From the NCBI GenBank assembly GCA_963727485.1, contig CAVSGM010000003.1:672001-736000 (forward strand): DNA of 64,000 nt, read 5' to 3'. How positions within the stretch are numbered: position 1 is the stretch's first letter; each line of letters begins with the position of its first letter. The stretch is from an uncultured delta proteobacterium (lineage in GTDB: Bacteria > Myxococcota > Myxococcia > SLRQ01). Shown piece after piece: positions 43,897 to 56,467 of the stretch. A program made the translations under genes and the position numbers. Below the pieces are notes generated by a model. The model did not search any database, was not told the origin of the DNA, and was given only the letters and a program-made list of their open reading frames with translations.

Positions 43897-44352
43897 TCAG
43901 GCCTCGGGCGGTGCCACCACCGGCCCGTGGGGGCCCTCCTCGGGGGCACCGGCGTCGAGGTAGCTGCGGAGGATGATCTCCGCGGCGATCTGGTCGATGA
44001 CCGCCTTGCGCTTCTGGGGCGGCACGCCCCGGTCCCGGAGGATCCCCTCGGCCTCCCAGGTGGTCAGCCGCTCGTCCCAGAGGACCACGGGGAGGCCCAG
44101 GCGCCTGACGCACTCGCCGGCGAAGCGCCGGGTCTTCTCGGCCCGGGGCCCCTCGGTGCCGTCCATGTTCATGGGCAGGCCGACGACGAGGCGCTCGGGC
44201 TGCCACTCTTCGAGGAGCCGCGTCAGCTCGGGGAAGTCGTGCTTGTGGCCACGGCGCCACACGGTCTCGACGCCGGTGGTGGTGATCCCGAGCTCGTCGC
44301 ACACGGCGACGCCGATGGTCTTGTCGCCGACGTCGAGGGCCATCAGGCGCAT
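43897..44352 (-). CDS. ruvX: Holliday junction resolvase-like / pre-16S rRNA nuclease YqgF
   Basis: ALDVG.K.IGVA..D, VVGLP.NMDG, WDERLTT, D..AA..IL..YL. Confidence 0.93.
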   Translation of the reverse strand: MRLMALDVGDKTIGVAVCDELGITTTGVETVWRRGHKHDFPELTRLLEEWQPERLVVGLPMNMDGTEGPRAEKTRRFAGECVRRLGLPVVLWDERLTTWEAEGILRDRGVPPQKRKAVIDQIAAEIILRSYLDAGAPEEGPHGPVVAPPEA

Positions 44353-44415
44353 GGCGCGCCTCCGGTCACAGGAAGCGGCGCCCGGGCGGACCCGGCGCCG
44401 CGCGTGGGCCGGGGC

Positions 44416-47004
<2,589 letters not shown>

Positions 47005-47674
47005 GCGCCAGAGGGTAACCATGGGATCGGGGGATCAATGGGGGTGGGGGTGGGTCGGCGGCGCCGAAATCGCACCCCGGCTTGCCCACGCCGAGCAGGA
47101 CGCCGACCAGGCGCGGGCCCCGCCGGGTAGTGCGGGCCTGGCACGTCACCTCAAGCGGCCTTCAGCGAGCGCTGATTAGGCGGGCCGTCGGGGAGGCTCG
47201 TGCCAGCGACGAGCCGGGCCGGCAGGTCCCCGCAGCTCGCCGGCGTTCATCACCTTACGCCGTCCATCTCACACTCCCGACCGACCACAAGTCGCAACGT
47301 GAGCGAACGCGCGAAGGCGATGGCCAGGGCCGCTCCAGGGAGTGGTGGTGGACATCCAGGGCACCGCCCGTTGCGATGAGCAACGCCGCGGGCGAGTGAG
47401 GCCAGGGAGTGCAGCTTCGGCCTTGGTCACCGCCGGAGTTCACGGTGCCGCGCCTACTCGGTCATTCTCCAGACCGGTGCTGCGATCGCACAAATTACTG
47501 AAATTTCGCCACTTTTACTGCCTGCGCCGAGCGATGTCAGGGGCCTGATGTAGATACCTTGGGCCCCCGGAGGATCTCTGGCTGGGGGGCCAAATAGTGG
47601 CCTTGCGGGGACTGAACCCATGGTTACTCTCGCTACCCCCTAGGGACACCCAGAACCGGATCGAGGTGCAAGCT

Positions 47675-48731
47675 ATGGCAGAGCTGCAGAGTGAGTTCAG
47701 ACGATTCCACGAGGAGATTGCCTTCGAGCGGGACAACGAGCAGAAGACGCTCTCGGAGAAACGTGAGCGGATCCTCAAGCAGGCTGCAGCGACGCCATCG
47801 CGCAGTTGCGGAGGGATGGCGCCACCATCCCCAGCTACCGGCACCGCAACCAGGGCAGTTACGCGATGGGAACGGGCGTCAAGCCGCTGGACGGCGACTA
47901 CGACCTCGACGTCGCCATCGTGTTCGACCTCGACACCGAGGACTACCCTGACCCGGTCGTCGTGAAGAGCTGGGTGTTCGATGCCGTCATGAAGCACACC
48001 GAGAACGTGCGGATGCGTGAGCCGTGCGTCACCGTCTTCTACCAGGACAAGGGCGAGTTCGTGTACCACGTCGACCTTGCGATTTACGGCCAGAGGGGCG
48101 AGTCGAAGCCGATTCGGTTGGCCCGCGGTCGGAAGGGCGGTGCCGAGGAGTCCCGGCGCTGGGAGGACTCCGATCCCAAGGCTCTGCTCGAGACCGTCCG
48201 TGACCGGTTCGCGGATGAGGACGGCGCCCAGTTCCGGCGGTGCATCCGCTATCTGAAGCGTTGGAAGGACTTCAAGTTCCCGTCCGACGGGAACGCCGCT
48301 CCCCTCGGCATCGCCCTCACTGCGTGCGGCCTCCACTGTTCCAGCCGGTCAAGACCACCGACCCCGTCTCCATGAAGACGACCTACGACGACCGGCAGGC
48401 GCTGCTCAACCTCGTCCACAGGATTCTGGGGGCCTTCCGGCAGACCATTGACCCGACCACAGGTAACGCGGCTTTTCGGCTGGCCGTCAGCCTCCCGATT
48501 CCCCCGGGGAACGACCTCTTCGAGAAGATGAGCGCAAAGCAGCAGTCGGACTTCCACGGAAAGCTCGAGGCCCTGGCCGAGGCGCTGAGGTCCGCCGGCG
48601 ACGACCCCGACCCGCACTCGGCAGGCAAGACCCTCGAAGCGGTCTTCGGCGATGCCTTCCCCGTGCCCGACGAGGAAGACCAGGCGAAGCGCAGGGGCCC
48701 GGCTATCGTGTCGTCCGGCGATGCCGCCTGA
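47675..48731 (+). CDS. CBASS cGAS/DncV-like nucleotidyltransferase (CD-NTase 1, possibly clade B); frameshifts ~47790 and ~48340
   Basis: NQGSYAMGTGVKPLDGDYDLDVA (GS..DxD), PCVTV.Y, YHVDLAIY, W..SDP, RYLKRWKD, FG..FP; C-terminal tail ending SSGDAA. Confidence 0.9.
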
Positions 48732-50453
48732 CGGGGAAGGCACAGACGGCGACGCGCACCTTCTGGCTGTCGTCCTGGGCCATCAAGCCCTCCGGAACGC
48801 CCACCGAGTCGAACCGGGCAGCGACGGGCCCCGGGGTGGTCCCTCCGGCCGTCGCTTTGCGGTGGACTGCGAGGTCGACAGCGACTCCGGCGTGGCCCGC
48901 CTCCGGATTGTCGTTCGCCAAGCCTTTCCGCCCAGGTTGCCGGACGTGTACTTGGTCAACGCCGGCGACTTCGACTCCCCGGCCCACGTCGAGGCCGACG
49001 GGCGCGTCTGCTACGTGTCCCAGGAGGGCCTTTCGATTGACCTGGATGCCCCGGAGCTCGTGCTGGCGGAGGCTATCCAGATGGCTGTGGACGTAGTCCT
49101 GGCGTCGGTCAGTGGGAGTAGTCGAGCAGACATCATCGAGGAATTGGACGCCTACTCACGGCAGGCCGGCGCGAAGACGGTGCTGATTTCCCTCGTCGAA
49201 CCGACCGCTGAGATGCGGTCGATCGTGTCACTGCACCGGAAAGGCAAGACGGAGCTCGTAGCCGACTCTGAGGAGGCGGCCGTAGCATTCCAGGACGGGC
49301 TCCGCGGTGCCAGTTCTACGAAGGCCCTCTACATTCCCTTGCCCAACGTCAGCGACGCTTGTCTCCTGGATCCTCGCCGGCTGCAGGAGGCCGGAGCGCT
49401 TCGCACTGTCGTAGAGCGGTCGCTCACCCGGCCAGAGAAGAAGCGACTGCGACGTCTTCTCGCGAAGAAGGCCTCCTACAGCACGGTCGTGGTCGCTCCA
49501 GTCGCGCCGAGCGGCGGCCGTGCGCTTATCGCGTTCCGACGAGTGTGCGAGGGCCGGGCACATCCGCTGTCCGATGAGAGGCTTCGAGACCGAATCGAAC
49601 CCGTCGACCTGAGAAGAGCCGATAGGACACATCTGATCACCCGGGGAGGAGCCTCGCTCCGCCTAGCGGGCGCGCGAGTCGCGCTGGTCGGCTGCGGCGC
49701 GGTCGGTGGCCCACTCGCGCTCGCCTTGGCAGCCGTGGGCGTCGGCAAGATTGACCTATTCGACCCTGATCTCCTGTGGCCCGAGAACATCTACCGGCAC
49801 ATTCTTGGGAAGTCCGCTCTGGGCAAGCAGAAGGCCGTAGCACTCGCCCATGACATCGCCGCCAGATACCCTTACCTTGAAGTGCGCGGCTGGCCGAAGT
49901 CGGCGGAAGACGCGGTCTAGAAGGTCTCCTCGACTTCTCGAAGACCGACCTTGTGTTAGTGGCCATCGGCCAGCCAACTGAGAGCCGCTTGTTGCAGCGC
50001 AGGCTGGCGGCCGCGAACGGACCCCGGGCCGTCTTCACCTGGGTCGAAGCACTTGGTATTGGTGGGCACGCCCTCGCGTCGGCGCCCCGTGGGGAGCCCG
50101 GCTGCTACGACTGTCTGTTCTCCAAGAACGGCGCTCCCTACGCGCGCTCCGACTTCGCGGCGGAGGGGCAAGATCTCACAGCGAGGCTCGCCGGTTGTAG
50201 CTCCAGCTTCACACCGTACAGCTACCTGGACGCGCTCCGCACAGCAGAGCTGGCGGCCAGGCTGGCAACGAAAGTGCTTCTCGGCGAAGAGCCCGAAGCA
50301 ACGCTGATCTCCCGGAAAGGCGATGCGGCCAAGTTCATCACCCAGGGCTACAAGACCTCGGAGCGGTTCAACGCGGCAGGCCCGGAAGTCATCGTCAGGG
50401 GTGAGGCGCTCGCCAATACCGACTGCACGACCTGCGGCAGGGCCGCGGCATGA
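48721..50453 (+). CDS. cap2: CBASS Cap2-like E2-E1 (ThiF) fusion; frameshift ~49915
   Basis: E2: FPPRLP..Y..PAHVEADGRVCY; E1: VALVGCGAVGG, DPD.L..ENIYRH, GCYDC, AGC.S.FTPYS, DCTTC. Confidence 0.88.
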
Positions 50454-51019
50454 CGGCCCTCATCTTCCAGTCGCGTGATGGCTTTCGGCTCAAAGTTTCC
50501 GGGCCGGCTGCCGAACGCCTGCGCTCTCACGCCCAGATGCACGGGAAGTCACCCGAATCTGGTGGTGTGCTGATTGGCCGCGAGATTGAGGCCTCAAGGG
50601 GCCTTCGTGGTGGACTCCTTCACATCGCCAATGAGAGGAGACGGGAAGAAGAGATTCTCGTTCTTCCGGAGGGATACCGGACACCAAGCCGCGATTGACA
50701 AGACGTGGCGCGCCTCCCGCGGTCGTCGCGGCTACCTCGGCGAATGGCACACACATCCGGAGGCTACGCCGAGACCCTCGAGATTGACCGCCAGGACTGG
50801 AGACGCCGGCTCACCCTGGACACCGTTGACGCCCGGTTCGTCGTCTTCCTCATCGTCGGCACGGACAGCATTGGCGCTTGGCGAGGCGAGCGTACTTCCG
50901 GAAGGCTGGAGCAACTGGCCCTAGCGCCTGCCGGTAGCGCGGCGACCGATCCGGTTGAACCAGACTCGCTGGTACGCACCCGCCGGAACGAAGACCGAGG
51001 AGGAGCGGACAGTGAGTAG
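50450..51019 (+). CDS. cap3: CBASS Cap3-like JAB/MPN peptidase; frameshifts ~50595 and ~50780
   Basis: ESGGVLIG, YLGEWHTHPE..P.PS..D; ATGA overlap with cap2. Confidence 0.88.
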
Positions 51020-52229
51020 AGCGTCCAAGAAGGGCAGGGCCAATGGAACGTCCCCGGTCAAGAAAGCTCGCGATGTCGGCCTGACCACGAAGCTGACTCT
51101 ATTCGCACGAGCCGCCGGGCGATGTGAGTTCGCGGGGTGCAACCGAAGCCTGGTCGAGCACCCGATCACCGGTCGCCATGGCAACTTCTCTAGGTTGCAC
51201 ATGTCGTCGCATTCCACGAGGCCGGACCACGGGGGCGTAGCTCGACCCGACCGGCGGACATTAACTGCGTGGAGAACCTCATGCTCCTCTGTCCGACGTG
51301 CCACAAGCACGTTGACGACGAACCGGAGACCTTCACCCGAGAGGTGCTGCTCTCGTACAAGTCTGACCACGAGGAGCGGATTCGCCGCCTTACTGCCTTT
51401 GGGCCGGACATGCAGACAACGGTCGTGCAGCTAAGGGCGCAGATTTCAGGCCGGACCGTGGACATCCCCATCACGCATGTCTACGACGCAGTCGCCCCGC
51501 GGTGGCCCACAGACCAACGCGGCTGGGTCATTGACCTGACGGGCATCGGCAGCGTCGAGACCAAGGCCGGCGCCCAGGCTGCTCAAGAGCAGATTGACCG
51601 AGAAGTGCGTCGAATCTACGACGCGGGTATGGACGTGCAAAGGACCCGCCATGTCTCTTTGTTTGCCCTGGCGCCCATTCCGATTCTGGCCTACCTGGGC
51701 GCTCGACCTTAAGCGACAAGGTGGAGACAGACTTCTTCCAGCGCCATCGCGACTCGGGACTCTCTCCCTGGAAGTGGCGCGACCTCGGAGAGTCAGTGCG
51801 CTACTCGGCTAGCTGTCAACGCTCGGGACGAGCCACCGGGAGCGTCGCTCTGGTGCTCTCCTTGAGTGGCACCATTCTGCCCGATCACCTACCGCCGAGC
51901 GTCAGCGGTGACTGCACCCTTTACGAACTCACGCTCGCGAACGCCAAGCCCAACGTAGACTTCCTCCGGCAACGGCGTGACCTCGACGAGTTTCGTACCG
52001 CCTACCGGGGTTTGCTCTCCGAGATTGCGAGGACACATGGCTCGTTGGAGTCGATTGACGTCTTTCCGGCGGTGCCAGCGCCCATTGCCGTGGTCCTCGG
52101 CTTCGACCGGCTGCCGAAAGCGCACCCGAGCCTAGGCTCTTCGACTACGACCGGGGCCGCGGCGGCTTCCATCCGGTGCTTTCCGTTAGCTCACGAGCCA
52201 GGGCTAGACAGGATAGGGGGACAGATTGA
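51012..52229 (+). CDS. HNH endonuclease-SAVED effector (Cap5-like); about 4 frameshifts
   Basis: LFARAAGRCEFAGC, NLMLLCPTCHKHVD (HNH); SAVED motifs VSLFALAPIP..AYLG, FQRHR..W.W, LVLSLSG, VFPAVPAPIAV.LG; GAGGAG RBS before GTG 51012. Confidence 0.85.
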
Positions 52230-53150
52230 GCATCCCAGAGAGCCAACTGGAGACATGGTCACATCTAGGCGCCCGAACGCTCTCGAGCGCCACGGCTCGG
52301 TCCATCGCGAGAGCACTGGAGGCACATGAGTGGCCGGAGGGGTGGTCGACCAGCGTCTACCAGCAGGGCTCCTATCGCAACACCACCAACATCAGGGCGA
52401 ACAGCGACGTTGACCTTGTCATAGAGTTGACGTCCACCTTTCGCGTCGACATGAGTGGGCTTACGCCAGAGGAAGAGGAGCGCCTCGTGCCGCTACTTGC
52501 CAAGCGGCCGAAGGCCGACAAGAAGATGCTTGAGGCGTTTCGTTCGGAGGTAAGGTCGGCCCTGGTGTCCAAGTTCGGATGGTGGAAGGTGGATGGCGGC
52601 CGGAAGGCGCTTCAGGTGAACCGGGACAGGCACGGGAACCGGTTGAAGGCGGACATTCTCCCAGCGCTGCAGCACCGGACGTATGTCGGAGGCTCGGCGC
52701 AGCGCTTCTCCTACGTGCCCGGCGTGGCTTTCTGGCCAGACGACTACTTTGTCGACTGCATTGTGAACTACCCGCGCGTGCACTACTCGAATGGCGTCCG
52801 CAAGAACAGGCGCACGAAGGGCCAGTACAAGAGAACGGTCCGGATCTTCAAGAATGCCAAGGCCAGATACGACCGCGACTCCTGGTGCATGAACCTGAAT
52901 GCTCCCTCTACTTCATCGAGTGCCTTCTCTACCAGGCCCAGACGCACTGTTTGCGCAGCCGCTCGAAACAAGGTTCGTCGATATCTGCGCCTGGCTGGGC
53001 GACCACCTGCGCGAACCGGCAGCGAGCCGCTGGCACTGCCAGAAATGAGATCACGGGTCTGTTCGGCACAGGCTCAGACCAGTGGCGTGTAGCGAAGGCG
53101 CGTAGATTCGTTGATGCGATGACTGAACTCTGGAAGGACTACGCCAGCGC
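52226..53150 (+). CDS. cdnE: Second CD-NTase, CdnE-like (clade E); frameshift ~52905, 3' end unresolved
   Basis: IPESQLETWSHLGA, QGSYRNTTNIRANSDVD, NYP..HY.NG..KN..T...YK.TVRIFKN, AP-SYFIECLLY, LFG...DQW...KARRF; closely matches the CdnE layout as I recall it. Confidence 0.85.
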
Positions 53151-53786
53151 ATCCCTACTCGATTGCGCCGGGTGGCCGCACCAATGCCACTGTCGGTGTC
53201 GTGTTGGTCAGCCTCGGCGCCTCCTACCTCGTGCACATGGCTACCCGGGCACTCGGGGGTCTTCCATGGTGGTCTCGGCGCCATCCGTGTGGGCCTCCAT
53301 CGGCTTCGTCATCGTTCTGGCTGGATCGCTATCTCTGGCGTGTTCGGCTGGTGCGCGGGCTCTTCCAAATCTGCATTCCGGATCTTTCTGGAGACTGGGA
53401 AGGCGAAGTTGAGAGCTCGCACAAGGAGGGATCCGGGCCCGCGGCCGTGACGGCTCGGATTTCCCAGACGTGGCTGCACATCTCGATCGTCCTTGAGACA
53501 GCGACGTCTCGCTCGCAAAGCCTATCCGCCTCCTTCGGGCTGCGTCCTGACATCAAGCTAAAGGTATCAGTTTGCCAACGAGCCGCGCGCTACTGCCGTG
53601 GAGTCAATGCGACCGCACCAGGGAGCGGCCTGTCTCTACTACCGAGACGGAGAACTGGCTGGCGACTACTTCACCAACCAGCACCGAGGCAACTACGGGC
53701 GGTTGACGCTCCGGCGCGTGGAAGCGACGAGTCCCGTGGGGAAGGGTGCGTTCAGAGCCGTGCGCACGGCGCCCCCAGAGGTGTAG
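53141..53786 (+). CDS. cap15: Cap15-like 2TM + beta-barrel membrane effector; about 3 frameshifts, start unresolved
   Basis: HPYSI N-terminus, two hydrophobic helices, D.YLW, PDLSG.WEG...SS, ISQTW..ISI.LET..S.S.S, Y.F.NEP, H.G.A.L, L.GDYFT..RG.YG.L. Confidence 0.82.
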
Positions 53787-53948
53787 TAATCACAGCCGCC
53801 GCTGCGGGCGAAGCTGGCGGCGGCGTACCGTGTGAGAGGCATGGCCCACTTGGCCTTCGCCGAAGGGCGTGGGTCGAAGTGTGGTAGCTTGGACGTTTAT
53901 GTCTAACGTGGGGCCCTAGAGGACCTGTACGTGCAGTCTGAATGAGGG

Positions 53949-54883
53949 ATGGGACAAGACATGCCGACAGCCTTCGACGGCCGGAACCTGCTGCCCGACA
54001 TGCGCCAGAGGAGTTTCCTGGCGGACGCAGACACGATCGATGAGTACTTGGCGGAGAACGGTGTCACCGTTCATGGATCGGGTCAGCCAATCGCCCGATG
54101 GATAGACACGCTCAGGCAGGCCGCAGCGAGTCGGAGTGCCCCGCTACCGCAAGTGAGGGCAACGCCAACAGCGCTCAGGAAGGAGTCGACGGCCCTCGAT
54201 CTGGTAATGGCCACGCGTCTAGCGTGGGCGATTGGTGTACTGCGAGGGGAGCGCAGGCGAGTTGACGTGGCCAAGTCGGTTTTCACAGACGAAATAGCAT
54301 CGCAAGACCTGCCTTTGGACGACACGCGCCGGCCTCTGATGCCAAGGGGCACAGAGACCATCTACCTAGCTGCAAGGATACTCAAGGCGTCACCAAACGG
54401 CACGGTCAGGGTGGGTGGCCGCAAGAGCAAAGGGGTTGATGTGGTCTGGAACGCCTCCGGATGTCCGGAGATCGAGTTCGAGAGGAAGGACCGCGCCTTT
54501 CGTGCGGCGTACGACGGTCGCCCCAGTTCCTTGGCGCGTCACTTCAGGACAGGCATCCTTGAGGCCGCGAAGAAGTTCGAGCCAGGAGAAGCTGCCCGCG
54601 TCGTGGTCATTGGCTGCATGGCCACATGGAAACAGATTCCAGACCTCCGAAACATACTTCTTCAAGAGAGGGCGGCGTTGGCAGGGGAACTCGCCAACTA
54701 CCCAGCCGGGCCGCACGTGGCGATCAGCTACTGTGTAGGCGTGGAGATCACGGGCAGCGCGTCATTCCGCACGACAGCCGGTACCTACTCGAGATGCGGC
54801 CCTTCGGGGAGGTCCGGAGCCGGTTCTTCCGTGTCTGGAAGCTGTCTTTGGGCCGCGCAGTATGTGAAGCGAGTTCGGCATAG
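53949..54883 (+). CDS. Hypothetical protein, possibly PD-(D/E)xK nuclease-like; 3' end uncertain (probable frameshift ~54765)
   Basis: Low-GC ORF in the defence island with E.....A..L / GVDVVW / IEFERK / EAAKKF spacing. Confidence 0.45.
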
Positions 54884-55037
54884 AAGCCGACGAGAAGTGA
54901 CAGCGCAGGTGGCACCACGCGGCCTTCACAGACTGGTCGCTGCGGTTGCGCGACTCGTGTCTGCGTACGCGCCGGATGGGCGGACTGCACCGGGTGAATG
55001 CGTGGCCCGCGTACGACTCCTGGTGCAGAGGATGCTA

Positions 55038-56187
55038 GTGTCCCGTTTGTGTAGTGCTGTTGACGGCCGGGTGCGAGTATGATCTACGATGCCGATGGCA
55101 TCCAAACACCGCATCGAGTTGACTGACAGTGATCGCAGCGAGCTGGAGGGCTGGCTGCGTACAACGACGATCAGCAAGGGCCTCGCGGACCGCGCCCGGA
55201 TGATCCTCTTGGCCGCAGACGGGTTGTCCGTGCGGAAGACTGCGGAGCGGATCGGCGTATCGTCGATGAGCGTCTTCCGGTGGCGGAAGCGCTTTGCCGC
55301 CGAAGGCATCGCGGGCCTGAAGGACCGCCCGCGCTCTGGGCAGCCGCGCAAGATGACACCGGCCAAGGCCAAGGAGATCCTGCGGCTCACCACCGAGCGG
55401 ATCCCCAAGGAGGCGACGCACTGGAGCCTTCGGCTGATGGCCAAGTACGCCGGAGTGACGGTCCACCAGGTCCGGCAGGTGTGGATGGCCGCCGACCTTC
55501 GACCTCACCGCCTCAAGACCTTCAAGATCAGCAAGGACCCCCGCTTCGCCGAGAAGGTCGTGGACGTCGTCGGGCTCTACCTCCACCCGCCGGCCAACGC
55601 CGTGGTGCTCTCGGTGGACGAGAAGACGCAGATCCAGGCCCTCGACCGCACCCAGCCGATGCTCCCGTTGCGGCCGGGCCAGGTGGAGCGGCGGACCCAC
55701 GACTACGAGCGCCACGGGACGGCAAGCCTCTACGCCGCTTTCGACATCGCGTCGGGCAAGGTGCTCGGACGGGTGACTCACCGACATCGGGCCAAGGAGT
55801 TCCTGGCGTTTCTTCGCCAGATTGACAAGGCCGTGCCGGAGTGGCTCGACCTGCATCTCATCCTCGACAACTCGAGCACGCATACCACGCCGGAGGTTGA
55901 GGCGTTCCTCGAGAAGCATCCTCGGTTCGAGCTTCACTTCACGCCCACCAGCGCGTCGTGGCTCAACGCGGTCGAGGGGTGGTTCTCGTTGCTGGAGCGC
56001 CGGTCGGTTCGGCGAAACTCGTTCACGAGTGTGGAGGCACTCCGGCAGGAGCTCCGTCGTTTCATCGCCGCCCACAACGCCGAGTCGGCCAAGCCCTTCA
56101 TCTGGACGAAGTCTGCTGAAGCGATCATCGGATCGGTCAACCGCGCAAAGGCTCGCGCGACGGAACAGAACTAACCAAACGGGACAC
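55038..56187 (+). mobile_element. IS630-family insertion sequence
   Basis: Terminal inverted repeats GTGTCCCGTTTG... (21/24 match), flanked by duplicated TA within CTAG at 55035-38 and 56187-90. Confidence 0.93.
55089..56174 (+). CDS. IS630 transposase (intact)
   Basis: HTH (W..RF..EG..GL.D.PRSG), SVDEK, DYERHGT, ILDN.STH, SWLNAVE.WF, KPF.W. Confidence 0.96.
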   Translation: MPMASKHRIELTDSDRSELEGWLRTTTISKGLADRARMILLAADGLSVRKTAERIGVSSMSVFRWRKRFAAEGIAGLKDRPRSGQPRKMTPAKAKEILRLTTERIPKEATHWSLRLMAKYAGVTVHQVRQVWMAADLRPHRLKTFKISKDPRFAEKVVDVVGLYLHPPANAVVLSVDEKTQIQALDRTQPMLPLRPGQVERRTHDYERHGTASLYAAFDIASGKVLGRVTHRHRAKEFLAFLRQIDKAVPEWLDLHLILDNSSTHTTPEVEAFLEKHPRFELHFTPTSASWLNAVEGWFSLLERRSVRRNSFTSVEALRQELRRFIAAHNAESAKPFIWTKSAEAIIGSVNRAKARATEQN

Positions 56188-56298
56188 TAGTCGCCCGCAA
56201 CAGTCGTGATTGAGCGCCCCGCGGCGGCCAGCCCCGTTGCCTCAAGGTGGCGCCGCCATGGGGCCGGATCTACACGGGTGCTCGCAGGGGGCCACACG

Positions 56299-56457
56299 AT
56301 GAGGCTCTTCGCGATGCCGGCGCTCGGCCTCGCCGCCACCGCGGCCGCCCCGATGCCGTCGCCAACCCATTCCTCGCCCCCGCCCGCCTGGGCGCTGAGC
56401 ATCGAAGCCCAACACCACGCCTGGGTTCGGATCGCCGGAGTCGCCCCCCTGGCGTAG
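56299..56457 (+). pseudogene. Remnant of a secreted-protein gene paralogous to the gene starting at 63910
   Basis: RBS region and first ~14 codons resemble 63895-63950; the rest is short and unrelated. Confidence 0.4.
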
Positions 56458-56467
56458 AGTGCTCCCC

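Noticed and set aside
47005..47670. CIRCE or other heat-shock operator, tRNA, or a small regulator gene upstream of clpB/CBASS
   Set aside because: No CIRCE consensus, cloverleaf or recognisable HTH/WYL ORF. TGGCACG at ~47139 lacks a correctly spaced -12 GC.
53895..53910. GTCTAAC as an integron core site
   Set aside because: No matching inverse core or attC hairpin at a suitable distance, and no integron integrase.
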